The translations under genes were made by a program, and so were the position numbers. From NCBI GenBank assembly GCA_965217775.1, contig CBDCJH010000002.1, positions 5,216,001 to 5,280,000 of the forward strand: a stretch of 64,000 nt of DNA, in the 5' to 3' direction. This stretch comes from Acidobacteriota bacterium. Its GTDB lineage: Bacteria; Acidobacteriota; UBA6911; RPQK01; JAJDTT01. The notes under the pieces were generated by a model. It was not told the DNA's origin. It ran no database searches and saw only the letters and a program-made list of their open reading frames with translations. Each line of letters opens with the position of its first letter. The stretch's first letter is position 1. This document shows positions 18,945 to 28,828 of this stretch, one piece after another.

Positions 18945-20453
18945 CTAATTCGGCCCCAGCCGGGGAGTAGCTTTCTCCATCAGGTACTCGATCACCAGGG
19001 TGAGATCGCGGGGCGCGACGTTCATCCCCTTCTCGAACATGTACTCTTCCATTTTACGGGTCACGCCCGGCCAATCCTCGCGGCCGTAGGCTTCGGGGTG
19101 AGGCCGGGCATGGCAACCGGTGCAGGCCCGCTCCACCGCCCGTGCTCCGGGAGAGTCGTCCAACCGGGCGGCCGGCGCGGGACGGTGTTTCAGGGAAAGG
19201 GACGGGACGGCGAACGCGGAGTTGTCACTGGAGATCCGGTCCCGGTAGTGGATCAGCGTCAGCGTCAACAGGTAGGTGTTGGCGCCGTCCATGGTGCCCA
19301 GTTTGATCCCCGCGACCGGCGGTTTGTCCAGTCCCCAAAGACTGAGGGCGCGGGGTAGCGGCCAGACGCCCGTTTCACTCTGCGACGCGACGTACCCGTT
19401 CACGGCGGCGTCCACCTGAGGCGATCTCCTGCCGGCGGTCATGAGCGCCCGCACCAGGAGGCTGCGGAAGCCCGGGAACTCCATCAAGGCGAAATGCGAC
19501 TTCCAGCCACGACCGATGGTCGCCTCCATGAGTTGAAGACACCGCTGGTAGGCCAAGTCGGGTTCCAGGTCGAAGTCGTGGGTCAGGAAAACGTACCAGG
19601 CCAGTCCTACGTAGTCCGCTGCGATCATGGGCGGACCCAGGGCCAGGAGCCGGTTCGCCAGTCCCCGGCGGAGATCGGTCAGGCGAGCGTCCGTGGACGG
19701 AAACCCGGCTTGCAGGAGCGCGTACAGTAGCTTGGCGCTGTTCTCCAGGTCGGGCACCGGGCTGCCGTGCTCCCAGCCGTGCTTTCCGGTGAGCGAGTTC
19801 CGGGCGTTGCCCAGGGTCTGGATGATGTTGCCCGATTGCATGATGGTGAAGATCCGGTCGGGGACCGGCAGGGAACTGGGGGGTAGATAGGGAAGGGAGA
19901 GCGGCGACCTGAGCGCCCAGTCGTACGCCTTCTTAACCAGGGAAGAGCGGCCCAAATTGGCCAGTGCGATCATGCCCTTGGGATGGAGGCAGCCCTCGTG
20001 GGACCAGAGCCAGCTCCCGGTCCGGCCATCGAATTCCTCCACGAACCAGGTTCTGACCTTCCGGAAAAGATCGCTCTCGGGGTCGACACCGAAGTCCTGG
20101 TAGTACATGAGGAAATGGGTCAGCAGGTAGAGCTGGTAGGCCACGTAAGCCTTGGGTCCGTAGCGTTTGACGGTGCCCTCGGCATTCTTGTAGTCGACGT
20201 AGCCGCCGTTGGAGACGGCGGCGTAAGAGGGCTCGACGAAGTCCCGGATGAAGGATCGGGTGCCCCGGGTGATGGCTCGATCAAGATCCGCCCGCGCCGG
20301 CTGTCCCGGCACCGGCGGCGAGGGAATCTCGCCCTGCGCGGGGAGCTCGCCGGCACCCTTGATCGGGGCTGCCGTAAGGTTCGCCAGCGTCAACAGCAGG
20401 AGAATCACTGTCCCCATCGGACTCGCCGGTACCGGTTTGGAAAGGACCTGCAT
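18945..20453 (-). CDS. secreted hypothetical protein with C-terminal cytochrome c (CxxCH) domain
   Basis: Hydrophobic signal-like N-terminus; ACTGCHARPHP...WPGVTRKM near the C-terminus; start uncertain. Confidence 0.75.
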   Translation of the reverse strand: MQVLSKPVPASPMGTVILLLLTLANLTAAPIKGAGELPAQGEIPSPPVPGQPARADLDRAITRGTRSFIRDFVEPSYAAVSNGGYVDYKNAEGTVKRYGPKAYVAYQLYLLTHFLMYYQDFGVDPESDLFRKVRTWFVEEFDGRTGSWLWSHEGCLHPKGMIALANLGRSSLVKKAYDWALRSPLSLPYLPPSSLPVPDRIFTIMQSGNIIQTLGNARNSLTGKHGWEHGSPVPDLENSAKLLYALLQAGFPSTDARLTDLRRGLANRLLALGPPMIAADYVGLAWYVFLTHDFDLEPDLAYQRCLQLMEATIGRGWKSHFALMEFPGFRSLLVRALMTAGRRSPQVDAAVNGYVASQSETGVWPLPRALSLWGLDKPPVAGIKLGTMDGANTYLLTLTLIHYRDRISSDNSAFAVPSLSLKHRPAPAARLDDSPGARAVERACTGCHARPHPEAYGREDWPGVTRKMEEYMFEKGMNVAPRDLTLVIEYLMEKATPRLGPN

Positions 20454-20614
20454 GTTGCGGAGTTCCGGAGCGCAGTCTAGCATAGCAGCCCTCAACGGCC
20501 CGTAGCGGGAGCCCCAGCGGAAAGGTTTCAGGAATGCAAGACACGAGACCGGAAAACTCATCTCCTGGCTCGGGAAGCCGTGGCTTTCAGGCGCCCCATC
20601 CCGGTTCCAAGGAG

Positions 20615-22141
20615 ATGCCGCGATGGCAGACCGGTGAGTTGGTGAAGGCGCCCGTCTTCACGACTCGCAACTGGTTCGGGTTGCTGGGCCCCGGCCTGCT
20701 CCTGGGAGGGGGCGCCATCGGCGGCGGCGAATGGCTGATGGGGCCCGCCGTCACGGCCAAGTACGGCGGCGCTCTCATGTGGCTCGCCACCCTGAGCATC
20801 ATGAGTCAGGTTCTCTACAACATTGAGATCAGCCGCTACACACTCTACACGGGAGAACCGATCTTCACCGGCAAGTTCCGTACGTTGCCTGGACCCAGAT
20901 TCTGGCTCATCGCCTACATCTTCCTGGATTTCGGAGCCGTCTTTCCCTATCTGGCGGCCAATGCGGCCACGCCTCTGGCCGCCGTGCTCCTGGGCGGAGT
21001 CCTGCCGGACCCCCTCAACAACGATGCCCACTGGTGGCTCCTGAAGATCCTGGGCTACGTGATTTTCCTGGCGGCCCTGGTTCCGTTGCTGATCGGCGGC
21101 AAGATCTACAACTCGCTCCGGGCGGTGATGACCTTCAAGATCGTGGTGGTCCTGGGGTTTCTCTCGATCCTGGGAATCTTCCACTCCAGTCTCTCCACCT
21201 GGGGCGAGATCTTCAGCGGCTTCCTCAAGTTCGGGTCGGTTCCCGTCGGTGGAAACGAGACCGAGAACATCTTCGTCTCCCTGCTGGACAAGGGTACGAT
21301 GCCCGAGATCGATTTCAGCACCATCTCCCTCCTGGCGGCATTCGCCGCCATCGCCGGCAGCGGGGGGCTCTCCAATGCTCCCATCAGCAACTACACGAGG
21401 GATCAGGGTTGGGGAATGGGGCGTCACGTCGGAGCCATCCCCAGCGTCATCGGGGGGCACAACCTGAGCCTGTCCCACGTGGGAATGGTCTTCGAGGTGA
21501 CGCGGAGCTCCCTGGGCAGATTCCGCCGCTGGTACCGGCATGTTGCCCGCGACCAGTTGGCCGTCTGGATGCCGGCCTGCTTCCTGGGACTGGCCCTGCC
21601 CAGCATGCTCTCGGTGCAATTTCTGCCCCGGGGTACGGAAGCCAGCAGTTGGGTCGCAGCCGGCATGACGGCGTCCGGGGTCCGGGATCACGTGGGGGCG
21701 GCCTGGGGCCTGGACGCCGGCGTGCTCTTCTGGTACCTCACCATGTTCTGCGGTTTTCTGGTTCTGGCTCCGACCATGGCGACGTCGGCGGACGGAGTGA
21801 TCCGCCGCTGGGTGGACGTGTTCTGGACCTCCAGCGCCCGCCTGCGGAAGCTGGAGCCCGGCCGGATCCGGATCGTCTATTTCAAGGTGCTGGCCGGCTA
21901 TGCCGTGTTCGGTCTCATCATGCTCTCTTTGGCGCCGCCGCTGGAACTCTTGAAGTTCGCCACCAACATCTTCAATTACGCTTTGGGCGTGAGCTGCTTC
22001 CACACGCTGGCCGTCAACGTCATCCTGTTGCCCCCGGAACTTCGCCCCGGCTGGCCCATGCGAATCGGAATGTTCCTGGCCGGATCCTTCTTCACCCTGT
22101 TGGCCATCATCACGACCCTGAGTCTGGTCGGATTGCTTTGA
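20615..22141 (+). CDS. Nramp-like / APC-superfamily transporter
   Basis: LGPGLLLGGGAIGGGEW, EISRYTLYTGE; about 11 TM helices. Confidence 0.8.
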   Translation: MPRWQTGELVKAPVFTTRNWFGLLGPGLLLGGGAIGGGEWLMGPAVTAKYGGALMWLATLSIMSQVLYNIEISRYTLYTGEPIFTGKFRTLPGPRFWLIAYIFLDFGAVFPYLAANAATPLAAVLLGGVLPDPLNNDAHWWLLKILGYVIFLAALVPLLIGGKIYNSLRAVMTFKIVVVLGFLSILGIFHSSLSTWGEIFSGFLKFGSVPVGGNETENIFVSLLDKGTMPEIDFSTISLLAAFAAIAGSGGLSNAPISNYTRDQGWGMGRHVGAIPSVIGGHNLSLSHVGMVFEVTRSSLGRFRRWYRHVARDQLAVWMPACFLGLALPSMLSVQFLPRGTEASSWVAAGMTASGVRDHVGAAWGLDAGVLFWYLTMFCGFLVLAPTMATSADGVIRRWVDVFWTSSARLRKLEPGRIRIVYFKVLAGYAVFGLIMLSLAPPLELLKFATNIFNYALGVSCFHTLAVNVILLPPELRPGWPMRIGMFLAGSFFTLLAIITTLSLVGLL

Positions 22142-22177
22142 TGAGGGTTCGCCGCGCGCCGGCGTCTGTCCGCGGCT

Positions 22178-22873
22178 TCAGAATCCGAACTTCTTCAACA
22201 GGCGGGCGGTTTCTTGCGGCTTCTCCAGAGGAGGCAGGTCGGGCCGGCGCATGATCTCGTGCGCCTCCTTCTCGAAGACGAGCATCTGTCCCGCCTTCTC
22301 AGGCAGGATCCGGAGGCAGCTCGCGGGGAGCTTGATGACCCCTTCGTTGTTGGCGTGGATGACGTCGCCCGGGGTCACCTGGATGCCGCCGACCTGAACC
22401 GGCTCGTTCACCCCCGAGACCGTCAGCGCGCAGTGGTGGATGGTGAGGCCTCGCGCATAGGCTGCGAAGGGAATGCTCATCAGTCCGGGAATGTCTCTGA
22501 CCCCGCCATTGGTCACGAGCGCGCTGCAACCGGCGGTGTGCAGCGCTTTGGCCATGCCGTCGCCGAACACGCACTCGTGCTCGGGCCTGGAGCCGACCGC
22601 CTCGCATACCCACACCACGGGCTCTTCCATCTTGTCGATCCGGTCCACCATCTCCCAGAAACCGCTCAGGTCCGATTGCCTTCCGGGCGTGCTGCTGTCC
22701 AGCTTGCAGGTCACGGCCACTCCGACGCTGGGGCCCAGCGAAGGGGTGACCGATTGGATGGCGCCCGACATGTAGAACTCTTCGGGCGGAGTCGGATCGA
22801 TGTAGCCGATGGTGTTGGCGAGCAATGCCGTGTCGTATTCGATCAGACGGTTCAAAGTCTGAATCAGGGACAT
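22178..22873 (-). CDS. RraA / HMG aldolase family protein
   Basis: FGDGMA, LVTNGGVRD, VTPGDVIHANNEGV. Confidence 0.85.
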   Translation of the reverse strand: MSLIQTLNRLIEYDTALLANTIGYIDPTPPEEFYMSGAIQSVTPSLGPSVGVAVTCKLDSSTPGRQSDLSGFWEMVDRIDKMEEPVVWVCEAVGSRPEHECVFGDGMAKALHTAGCSALVTNGGVRDIPGLMSIPFAAYARGLTIHHCALTVSGVNEPVQVGGIQVTPGDVIHANNEGVIKLPASCLRILPEKAGQMLVFEKEAHEIMRRPDLPPLEKPQETARLLKKFGF

Positions 22874-23009
22874 GTTCTCCTCCGTCGAAATCTTCGCTGG
22901 TCGCCGTCCGATCCAGTGTAGAATCGGACGGTAATGGTCGAAAGGGTCCGATAGCCTATCATGGTCTCTTCAGGTGGTAGTACGCGGATATGAAGCACGC
23001 GAGGCATCG

Positions 23010-24005
23010 ATGAGCGGAGGTCGAGTGAAGACTGAACGAACCGGACGCCGGGAATTCCTTGCCGGCCTGGGAACCGGTCTTCTGGCGGTCTCCGGGAAGC
23101 CGATCCGAGGCGAACCTTTCGCTCACCGCCGGAGTGCCGCCGTTCCCGAGTGGACGTATTCCATCTTCTCCAAGCATCTGCAATGGTTGGACTACCCGGA
23201 ATTGGGAGTGGCCGTGTCCCAGTTGGGCTTTGACGGAGTCGACCTCACCGTCCGTCCTTCAGGGCATGTTCTGCCCGAGAAGGTGAGAACTGATCTTCCC
23301 CGGGCGGTGTCGGCCGTCGGGGAATCGGGTGTCCGCGTTCCCACTATAACGACGGCCATAATCCACCCGGAGGATGCTGGGACCCGGGAGATCCTGGAGA
23401 CCGCCAGCGGCCTGGGGATCCCCTGCTATCGGCTGGGGTACTATCGCTACCCGGAAGACGGGGACATTTCGGAGACGCTGGCGGAGATCAGGAGAAATCT
23501 CGCCGGCTTGGCCGATCTGAATCGAAGGTTCGAGATCTGCGGCGACTATCAGAACCACGCCGGCGCTTCCCATTTTGGAGCGGCGTTGTGGGACCTGCGT
23601 CAAGCGTTGGAGGGACTCCCCCGGCGCTGGCTCGGTTGCCAGTTCGACATCCGCCACGCCACCGTGGAAGGGGGGCTTGCCTGGCCCACCAACTTCAGGG
23701 CCTTGGCCGACCGGGTCCACACCGTGGTGGTGAAAGACTTCAGGTGGAAGGAAACACCCGGCGGGTGGCAGGTGGAAAACTGTCCCTTGGGCGAGGGCAT
23801 GGTTCCCATCGGTCCCTTTCTGGCCCGCTTGCTGAAATCGGGTTTCGCAGGTCCAATCAGCCTTCACTGCGAGTACTCCCTCGGCGGCGCCGAGCGGGGC
23901 ACCCGCCGACTCACCATGGACCGGGATCGGGTTCTGGAGTCCATCGGGAAGGATCTGGCCACCCTGAAGCGGCTGGTGCGAGAGGCCGTGGCTTCCGTGG
24001 GCTGA
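23010..24005 (+). CDS. Tat-exported sugar phosphate isomerase/epimerase (TIM barrel)
   Basis: RREFL Tat motif; GFDGVDLTVR, YQNH, FDIRHA, ISLHCEY. Confidence 0.85.
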   Translation: MSGGRVKTERTGRREFLAGLGTGLLAVSGKPIRGEPFAHRRSAAVPEWTYSIFSKHLQWLDYPELGVAVSQLGFDGVDLTVRPSGHVLPEKVRTDLPRAVSAVGESGVRVPTITTAIIHPEDAGTREILETASGLGIPCYRLGYYRYPEDGDISETLAEIRRNLAGLADLNRRFEICGDYQNHAGASHFGAALWDLRQALEGLPRRWLGCQFDIRHATVEGGLAWPTNFRALADRVHTVVVKDFRWKETPGGWQVENCPLGEGMVPIGPFLARLLKSGFAGPISLHCEYSLGGAERGTRRLTMDRDRVLESIGKDLATLKRLVREAVASVG

Positions 24006-24156
24006 TGCCTGACGGCAAGAACCCCCGTAGCCGCTTCTCGTTCGCTTGCCTCCCTTTCGCTAAATGGAACTCGCCTCCAGAGGCCGTCGTGAAATATTCT
24101 GAAGTCCGAAAGTCCCATTTTCCCTTGAGCAGTAAAAGAAAGCGGAACCATCCAAG

Positions 24157-25146
24157 ATGAACATCGAGATCCGAGAGATCCAGAGAAGAATCGATGCCGA
24201 GAGTGTCGTGGTGGAGCGACTCCTCGAAGAGGTTTCCAAGGTGATCGTGGGCCAGGAATATATGGTCCGGCGCCTGCTCATCGGGCTTCTCACCAATGGC
24301 CACGTACTGCTGGAGGGGGTGCCCGGTCTGGCCAAGACCCTGACGGTCAAGACCCTCTCCCAGACCATCGCCACCGGGTTTCAACGGGTTCAGTTCACGC
24401 CCGACCTGCTCCCCGCGGATCTGATCGGCACGCTGGTCTACGATCAGAGCGACGGCACCTTCAAGACCAAGAAGGGACCCATCTTCTCCAACCTGATTCT
24501 GGCTGACGAGATCAATCGCTCACCGGCCAAGGTCCAGTCGGCTCTGCTGGAGGCCATGCAGGAGCGGACCGTGACCATCGGCGAAACCACTTATCCCCTG
24601 GATGACCCGTTCCTGGTTCTGGCGACCCAGAATCCCATCGAGCAGGAGGGCACCTATCCGCTTCCGGAGGCGCAGGTCGACCGCTTCATGTTGAAGCTGT
24701 CGGTGGGGTATCCGTCGCGAATGGAAGAGTTGGAGATCATGCGCCGCATGTCCGGAAGCGTCGTTCCCGAGGCCAGCCCTGTGGTGTCGCCGGAGGAGGT
24801 CCGACGCGCCCGGGACGCGGTGCAGGAAATCTACATGGACGCCAAGATTCAACGGTATATCGTCGACATCGTCTTCGCGACGCGAACTCCCGGCGATTGC
24901 GGAATGGACGAGCTGGTCGACCTCGTCAATTTCGGGGCTTCTCCCAGAGCCTCCATCTTTCTGGCTCGGGCGGCCCGGGCCCACGCCTTCCTGGACCATC
25001 GGGCCTATGTGACTCCGGAAGACGTTCGCGCCATCGGCATGGACGTCCTCAGGCACCGGGTCATTCTGACCTACGAGGCGGAAGCCGAAGAGGTGACTGC
25101 CGAGGACGTGGTCCGGAAGGTCCTGAACAACGTGGAAGTGCCGTAA
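24157..25146 (+). CDS. moxR: MoxR-family AAA+ ATPase
   Basis: EGVPGLAKT, QFTPDLLPAD, DEINRSPAKVQSALLEAMQE, LPEAQVDRF. Confidence 0.96.
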   Translation: MNIEIREIQRRIDAESVVVERLLEEVSKVIVGQEYMVRRLLIGLLTNGHVLLEGVPGLAKTLTVKTLSQTIATGFQRVQFTPDLLPADLIGTLVYDQSDGTFKTKKGPIFSNLILADEINRSPAKVQSALLEAMQERTVTIGETTYPLDDPFLVLATQNPIEQEGTYPLPEAQVDRFMLKLSVGYPSRMEELEIMRRMSGSVVPEASPVVSPEEVRRARDAVQEIYMDAKIQRYIVDIVFATRTPGDCGMDELVDLVNFGASPRASIFLARAARAHAFLDHRAYVTPEDVRAIGMDVLRHRVILTYEAEAEEVTAEDVVRKVLNNVEVP

Positions 25147-25271
25147 GACGAGGAAAAAGAAAAGAGGAAAGAGAAAAAAGAGGAAGATGGGAAAAGCTGC
25201 CGCTCGCTTTGGACTTGTGGGCCGCGCGTGCTTCGCGGCGGGCGGCGTCCGTCTTGGGGTTTTCCGTTGAG

Positions 25272-26153
25272 ATGATTCCACGAGAGATCCTGCGCAAGGT
25301 TCGCCGTCTCGAGATCGCCACTCGAGGTCTGGTCAACAACGTCTTTTCGGGCGAATACCATTCCGTGTTCAAGGGACGCGGCATGAGCTTTGCCGAGGTC
25401 CGCGAGTACCAGATCGGGGATGACGTCCGGACTATCGACTGGAATGTGACGGCCCGCATGGATCGTCCCTACGTCAAGCTGTTCGACGAGGAGAGGGACC
25501 TGACGGTGATGCTCCTGGTCGACGCCAGCCTCTCGGGAGAGTTCGGGTCCGGGGAGCGCATGAAGGGAGAGGTCGCCGTCGAGATCTGCGCTCTGCTGGC
25601 GTTTTCCGCCATCAAGAACAACGACAAGGTGGGCCTGATCATCTTCACCGACCGGATCGAGAAATTCGTGCCCCCCCGCAAGGGCCGCTCCCACGTGCTC
25701 CGGGTCCTGCGGGAGTTGCTGTATTTCCAGCCCCGGCACCACGCCACCGACATCGGTCTGGCCCTCGAGTACCTGATGCGGGTGATCCGCCGAAGAAGCA
25801 TCGTGTTCCTGGTGTCGGACTTCCTCGCGGACGGTTTCCGGCGCGGGCTCCGGGTCGCCAACCGGAGGCATGACGTGGTGGCCATCCGGGTCCGGGACCC
25901 CAGGGAACGGGAACTTCCGCGAGTGGGTTTCGTCGAGTTCGAGGATGCCGAGACGGGCGAGCAACTGATCCTCAACACCAATGACCCCGAGGTTCGAGAG
26001 GCTTTCAAGGCCCAGGTTCTCCGGGAGGACGAGGAGTTCAGGAGCTTTCTCAACTCCATCAGCGTCGACAGCATCGAGGTGGATTCCAACCGGAGCTATC
26101 TGGAGTTGTTGATCCGGTTCTTCCGGACCCGGAGCCGGCGACTGCGGCGATGA
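25272..26153 (+). CDS. DUF58 (VWA-like) protein
   Basis: GEYHSVFKGRGMSFAEVREYQIGDDVRTIDWNVTAR; start taken at MIPREIL. Confidence 0.92.
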   Translation: MIPREILRKVRRLEIATRGLVNNVFSGEYHSVFKGRGMSFAEVREYQIGDDVRTIDWNVTARMDRPYVKLFDEERDLTVMLLVDASLSGEFGSGERMKGEVAVEICALLAFSAIKNNDKVGLIIFTDRIEKFVPPRKGRSHVLRVLRELLYFQPRHHATDIGLALEYLMRVIRRRSIVFLVSDFLADGFRRGLRVANRRHDVVAIRVRDPRERELPRVGFVEFEDAETGEQLILNTNDPEVREAFKAQVLREDEEFRSFLNSISVDSIEVDSNRSYLELLIRFFRTRSRRLRR

Positions 26154-27145
26154 GACACAACGCCATCTCAATTGCGATCCTGATCTTCTGCCTGCTGGTG
26201 CTGCGGGGACAATCCCCCGTCCAGTTGGATTCCCAGGTGGATCTTACCCAGGTCACGGTGGGGGATCCGATTCGCTTCACCCTGACGGTGACGGCGGTCC
26301 CCGGCGTGGAAGTGGATCTGCCGGAAGTGGACCCTGACTTGGGCGAGTTCGAGGTCCTCGGCCAGGAGGTCGCGGGTCCGGTCGAGGAGGAAGGGAATCG
26401 GATCTGGACCGTGGCCTACACTCTGGCTCTCTACGAAACGGGCAGTTTCGAGATTCCACCGGTCCCGGTGACCTACCGTGGCGACGGGATCCAAGCCGGC
26501 TCGGTCCGGACGCAGGAGCATTCGATTCGGGTCGAGAGCACTCTGTCGGACGATTCCAAGGACATCCTCGACATCAAGGGACCGCTGGAGATTCCGCGAA
26601 GCCTCTGGTCGCTGTGGCCCTGGTTCGCCGCCGCCCTGGGCCTGGCGGCCCTGATCCTCCTGTATCTTCGCCGGAGGGGCGGGGAGGCTCCGTCGGCGGT
26701 CTCGCGGAAACCCCGGCTCTCGCCTTATGACGAGGCGTATCAGGCGCTCTGCCGCCTCCGGGACTCGGGACTTCCGGAAGAGGGTCGGCTCAAGCCCTAT
26801 TTCACCCGGCTCTCGGAGATCATCCGCCACTACCTGGAACGGCGGTATCCGATTCAAGCCATGGAATCGACGACCACGCAGGTCCTGGACCAACTGCGGA
26901 AGATGGCTCTCGCCCTGGATGAGCTGCAACTGTTTCGGGATTTCTTCCCTTGCTGTGACCTGGTCAAATTCGCCAAATACACCCCCCCGCTCCCGGAGCA
27001 GGAGCGAGTGACGAAGCTGGCCTTCCGGATTCTGGAGGTCACCCGCCCGGCGGAACCGGTTCTATCGGCCGCCCCGCAGTCCGCGCCGGAGACCGGCGAT
27101 CGTCAGCCAGGGGATCGCCGCTACGGGCAAGACGATACACATTAG
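26150..27145 (+). CDS. BatD-like membrane-anchored protein
   Basis: Signal peptide, VTVGDPI Ig-like domain, DIKGP then a TM helix, DLVKFAK; position in the bat operon. Confidence 0.8.
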   Translation: MRHNAISIAILIFCLLVLRGQSPVQLDSQVDLTQVTVGDPIRFTLTVTAVPGVEVDLPEVDPDLGEFEVLGQEVAGPVEEEGNRIWTVAYTLALYETGSFEIPPVPVTYRGDGIQAGSVRTQEHSIRVESTLSDDSKDILDIKGPLEIPRSLWSLWPWFAAALGLAALILLYLRRRGGEAPSAVSRKPRLSPYDEAYQALCRLRDSGLPEEGRLKPYFTRLSEIIRHYLERRYPIQAMESTTTQVLDQLRKMALALDELQLFRDFFPCCDLVKFAKYTPPLPEQERVTKLAFRILEVTRPAEPVLSAAPQSAPETGDRQPGDRRYGQDDTH

Positions 27146-27156
27146 AGGAGGTCATC

Positions 27157-27477
27157 ATGGTTCCTGTTCCCCCGATTTTGCTTGGGGCTCTGATCGACGC
27201 TGTGGTCACGGCCGTTACGAAAGTCATTGACAAGCGAATGGGCAAAGACCCAGGGTCCGGCATCGATGCGGCAGATGTGCGCCAAGCGTTCGATCAGGCC
27301 ACGACGAACCTGCAAGACGACTTGGCTCAGATCCGGGAGGCTATTGCGTCGCGTCCCACGACCGAGGCCCTGGAATCGACCATCCGCGATCTGGAATCTC
27401 GGATCTATCGGGCCTTGGCAGTACAGGCCGCCGGCATCGTGGGGATGGTTGCGGCCCTCCTGTGGGTTCTCGGATGA
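27157..27477 (+). CDS. small coiled-coil protein with C-terminal TM helix
   Basis: GAGGAGG RBS; TTEALESTIRDLESRIYR followed by a hydrophobic tail. Confidence 0.65.
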   Translation: MVPVPPILLGALIDAVVTAVTKVIDKRMGKDPGSGIDAADVRQAFDQATTNLQDDLAQIREAIASRPTTEALESTIRDLESRIYRALAVQAAGIVGMVAALLWVLG

Positions 27478-27580
27478 GGATCGTGTGCGGGATCACGGCC
27501 GCACGGATTCTCCCACCGAGTGGGAGTTCAAAGCTGACCGCCGGCGGGTCCGAAACCGGTAGAGTGGACCCCTGGGGCCA

Positions 27581-27744
27581 TAGCAGCCCGTGGCAAAAGT
27601 CATCACGGCATTCGACCGTCCCTGCATCCCGGCGGACGGCGTTGCGATTCGGGCACATACTCCCGGTATGCACCCGAATCGCGCCTTGTCCGGCGGGCGC
27701 AGGAACGGTCTCGGTGCTCGCGGGACTTTCACCACGGACTGATA
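27581..27744 (-). mobile_element. 164-bp MITE-like repeat, copy 2 (inverted, inside the bat operon)
   Basis: Reverse-complement match to 63307-63470; TA at both ends. Confidence 0.85.
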
Positions 27745-27808
27745 GAGAACCTCGATTCGGACAATTGGGGATCTACGACCTGATTTCGCTTTGCCCCGAG
27801 ATTTGACC

Positions 27809-28801
27809 ATGTCGTACCGTTTCGCGGATCCCTGGTTTCTCAGCCTGCTGCTGATCCTTCCGCTGATCCTGGTCTGGACCCTGAGGCGGGCGGGCCGCCG
27901 GAACTCCAGTCTGCGGTTTCCGCATGTGGGATCTCTCAAGAAGGCCTATAAGCCCATGGCGGCCCGTTCCCGCCATTTTCTATTCGCCCTTCGGTTGATT
28001 GCCCTGGGGCTTCTGGTTCTCGCCGCGGCCCGGCCCCAGAGTGGCGCCACGCGTGAGGAGGTGACGGCGGAAGGGATCGACATCGTGCTGGCATTGGATC
28101 TGTCCAGTTCCATGCTGGCCCAGGACATCGAGCCGGACCGGATCGAGGCGGCGAAGCAGGTGGCCGCCGATTTCATCCGCCGCCGGACCAACGACCGCAT
28201 CGGCTTGGTGGTCTTCGCCAGCCACGGTTTCGTCCAATGTCCCCTGACCCTGGACTACGGGATCCTTCTGGATTTTCTGGACGAGCTGAAGGTGGGCCTG
28301 CTGGACGACGGGACCGCCCTGGGCATGGGCATCGCCACCGCGGTCGGACGTCTCAAGGAAAGTGAAGCCGAGTCCAAGGTGTTGATCCTGCTCACCGACG
28401 GCCGCAACAACGCGGGGGAAATCGACCCCGCCACCGCGGCCCAGATGGCCCAGGCCTTCGAAATCCGCATCTACTCCATCGGAGCCGGAACCCGGGGCGT
28501 GGCCCCCTATCCGGTGGACGACCCCGTCTTAGGCCGCCGCCAGACCCGGATTCGTGTCGACATCGACGAAGAGGCTCTTCGTCAAGCCGCCGACGTGACG
28601 GGCGGGCGATATTTTCGGGCCACGGATCGTGAGAGCCTGGAGCAGATCTACAGTGAGATCGACGAATTGGAAAAGAGTGAGATCAAGGTGAACCAATACA
28701 CTCAATACGGAGAGCTGTTCCCCTATCCGCTGGCCCTGGCCGTCGTGATTCTGTTGGGTGAGCTGGGACTCTCCGGAACCTGGTTTCGGAAGATACCGTG
28801 A
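27809..28801 (+). CDS. batA: BatA VWA protein
   Basis: RFADP..L, ARPQ, DLSSSM, LTDGRNNAG. Confidence 0.9.
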   Translation: MSYRFADPWFLSLLLILPLILVWTLRRAGRRNSSLRFPHVGSLKKAYKPMAARSRHFLFALRLIALGLLVLAAARPQSGATREEVTAEGIDIVLALDLSSSMLAQDIEPDRIEAAKQVAADFIRRRTNDRIGLVVFASHGFVQCPLTLDYGILLDFLDELKVGLLDDGTALGMGIATAVGRLKESEAESKVLILLTDGRNNAGEIDPATAAQMAQAFEIRIYSIGAGTRGVAPYPVDDPVLGRRQTRIRVDIDEEALRQAADVTGGRYFRATDRESLEQIYSEIDELEKSEIKVNQYTQYGELFPYPLALAVVILLGELGLSGTWFRKIP

Positions 28802-28828
28802 AACCAGACATACCGGAGGGAAGGGATC

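Noticed and set aside
25147-25200. Purine-rich tract after moxR (and CTCCTCA-like repeats at 34133-34167)
   Set aside because: Short low-complexity intergenic sequence with no supportable function.
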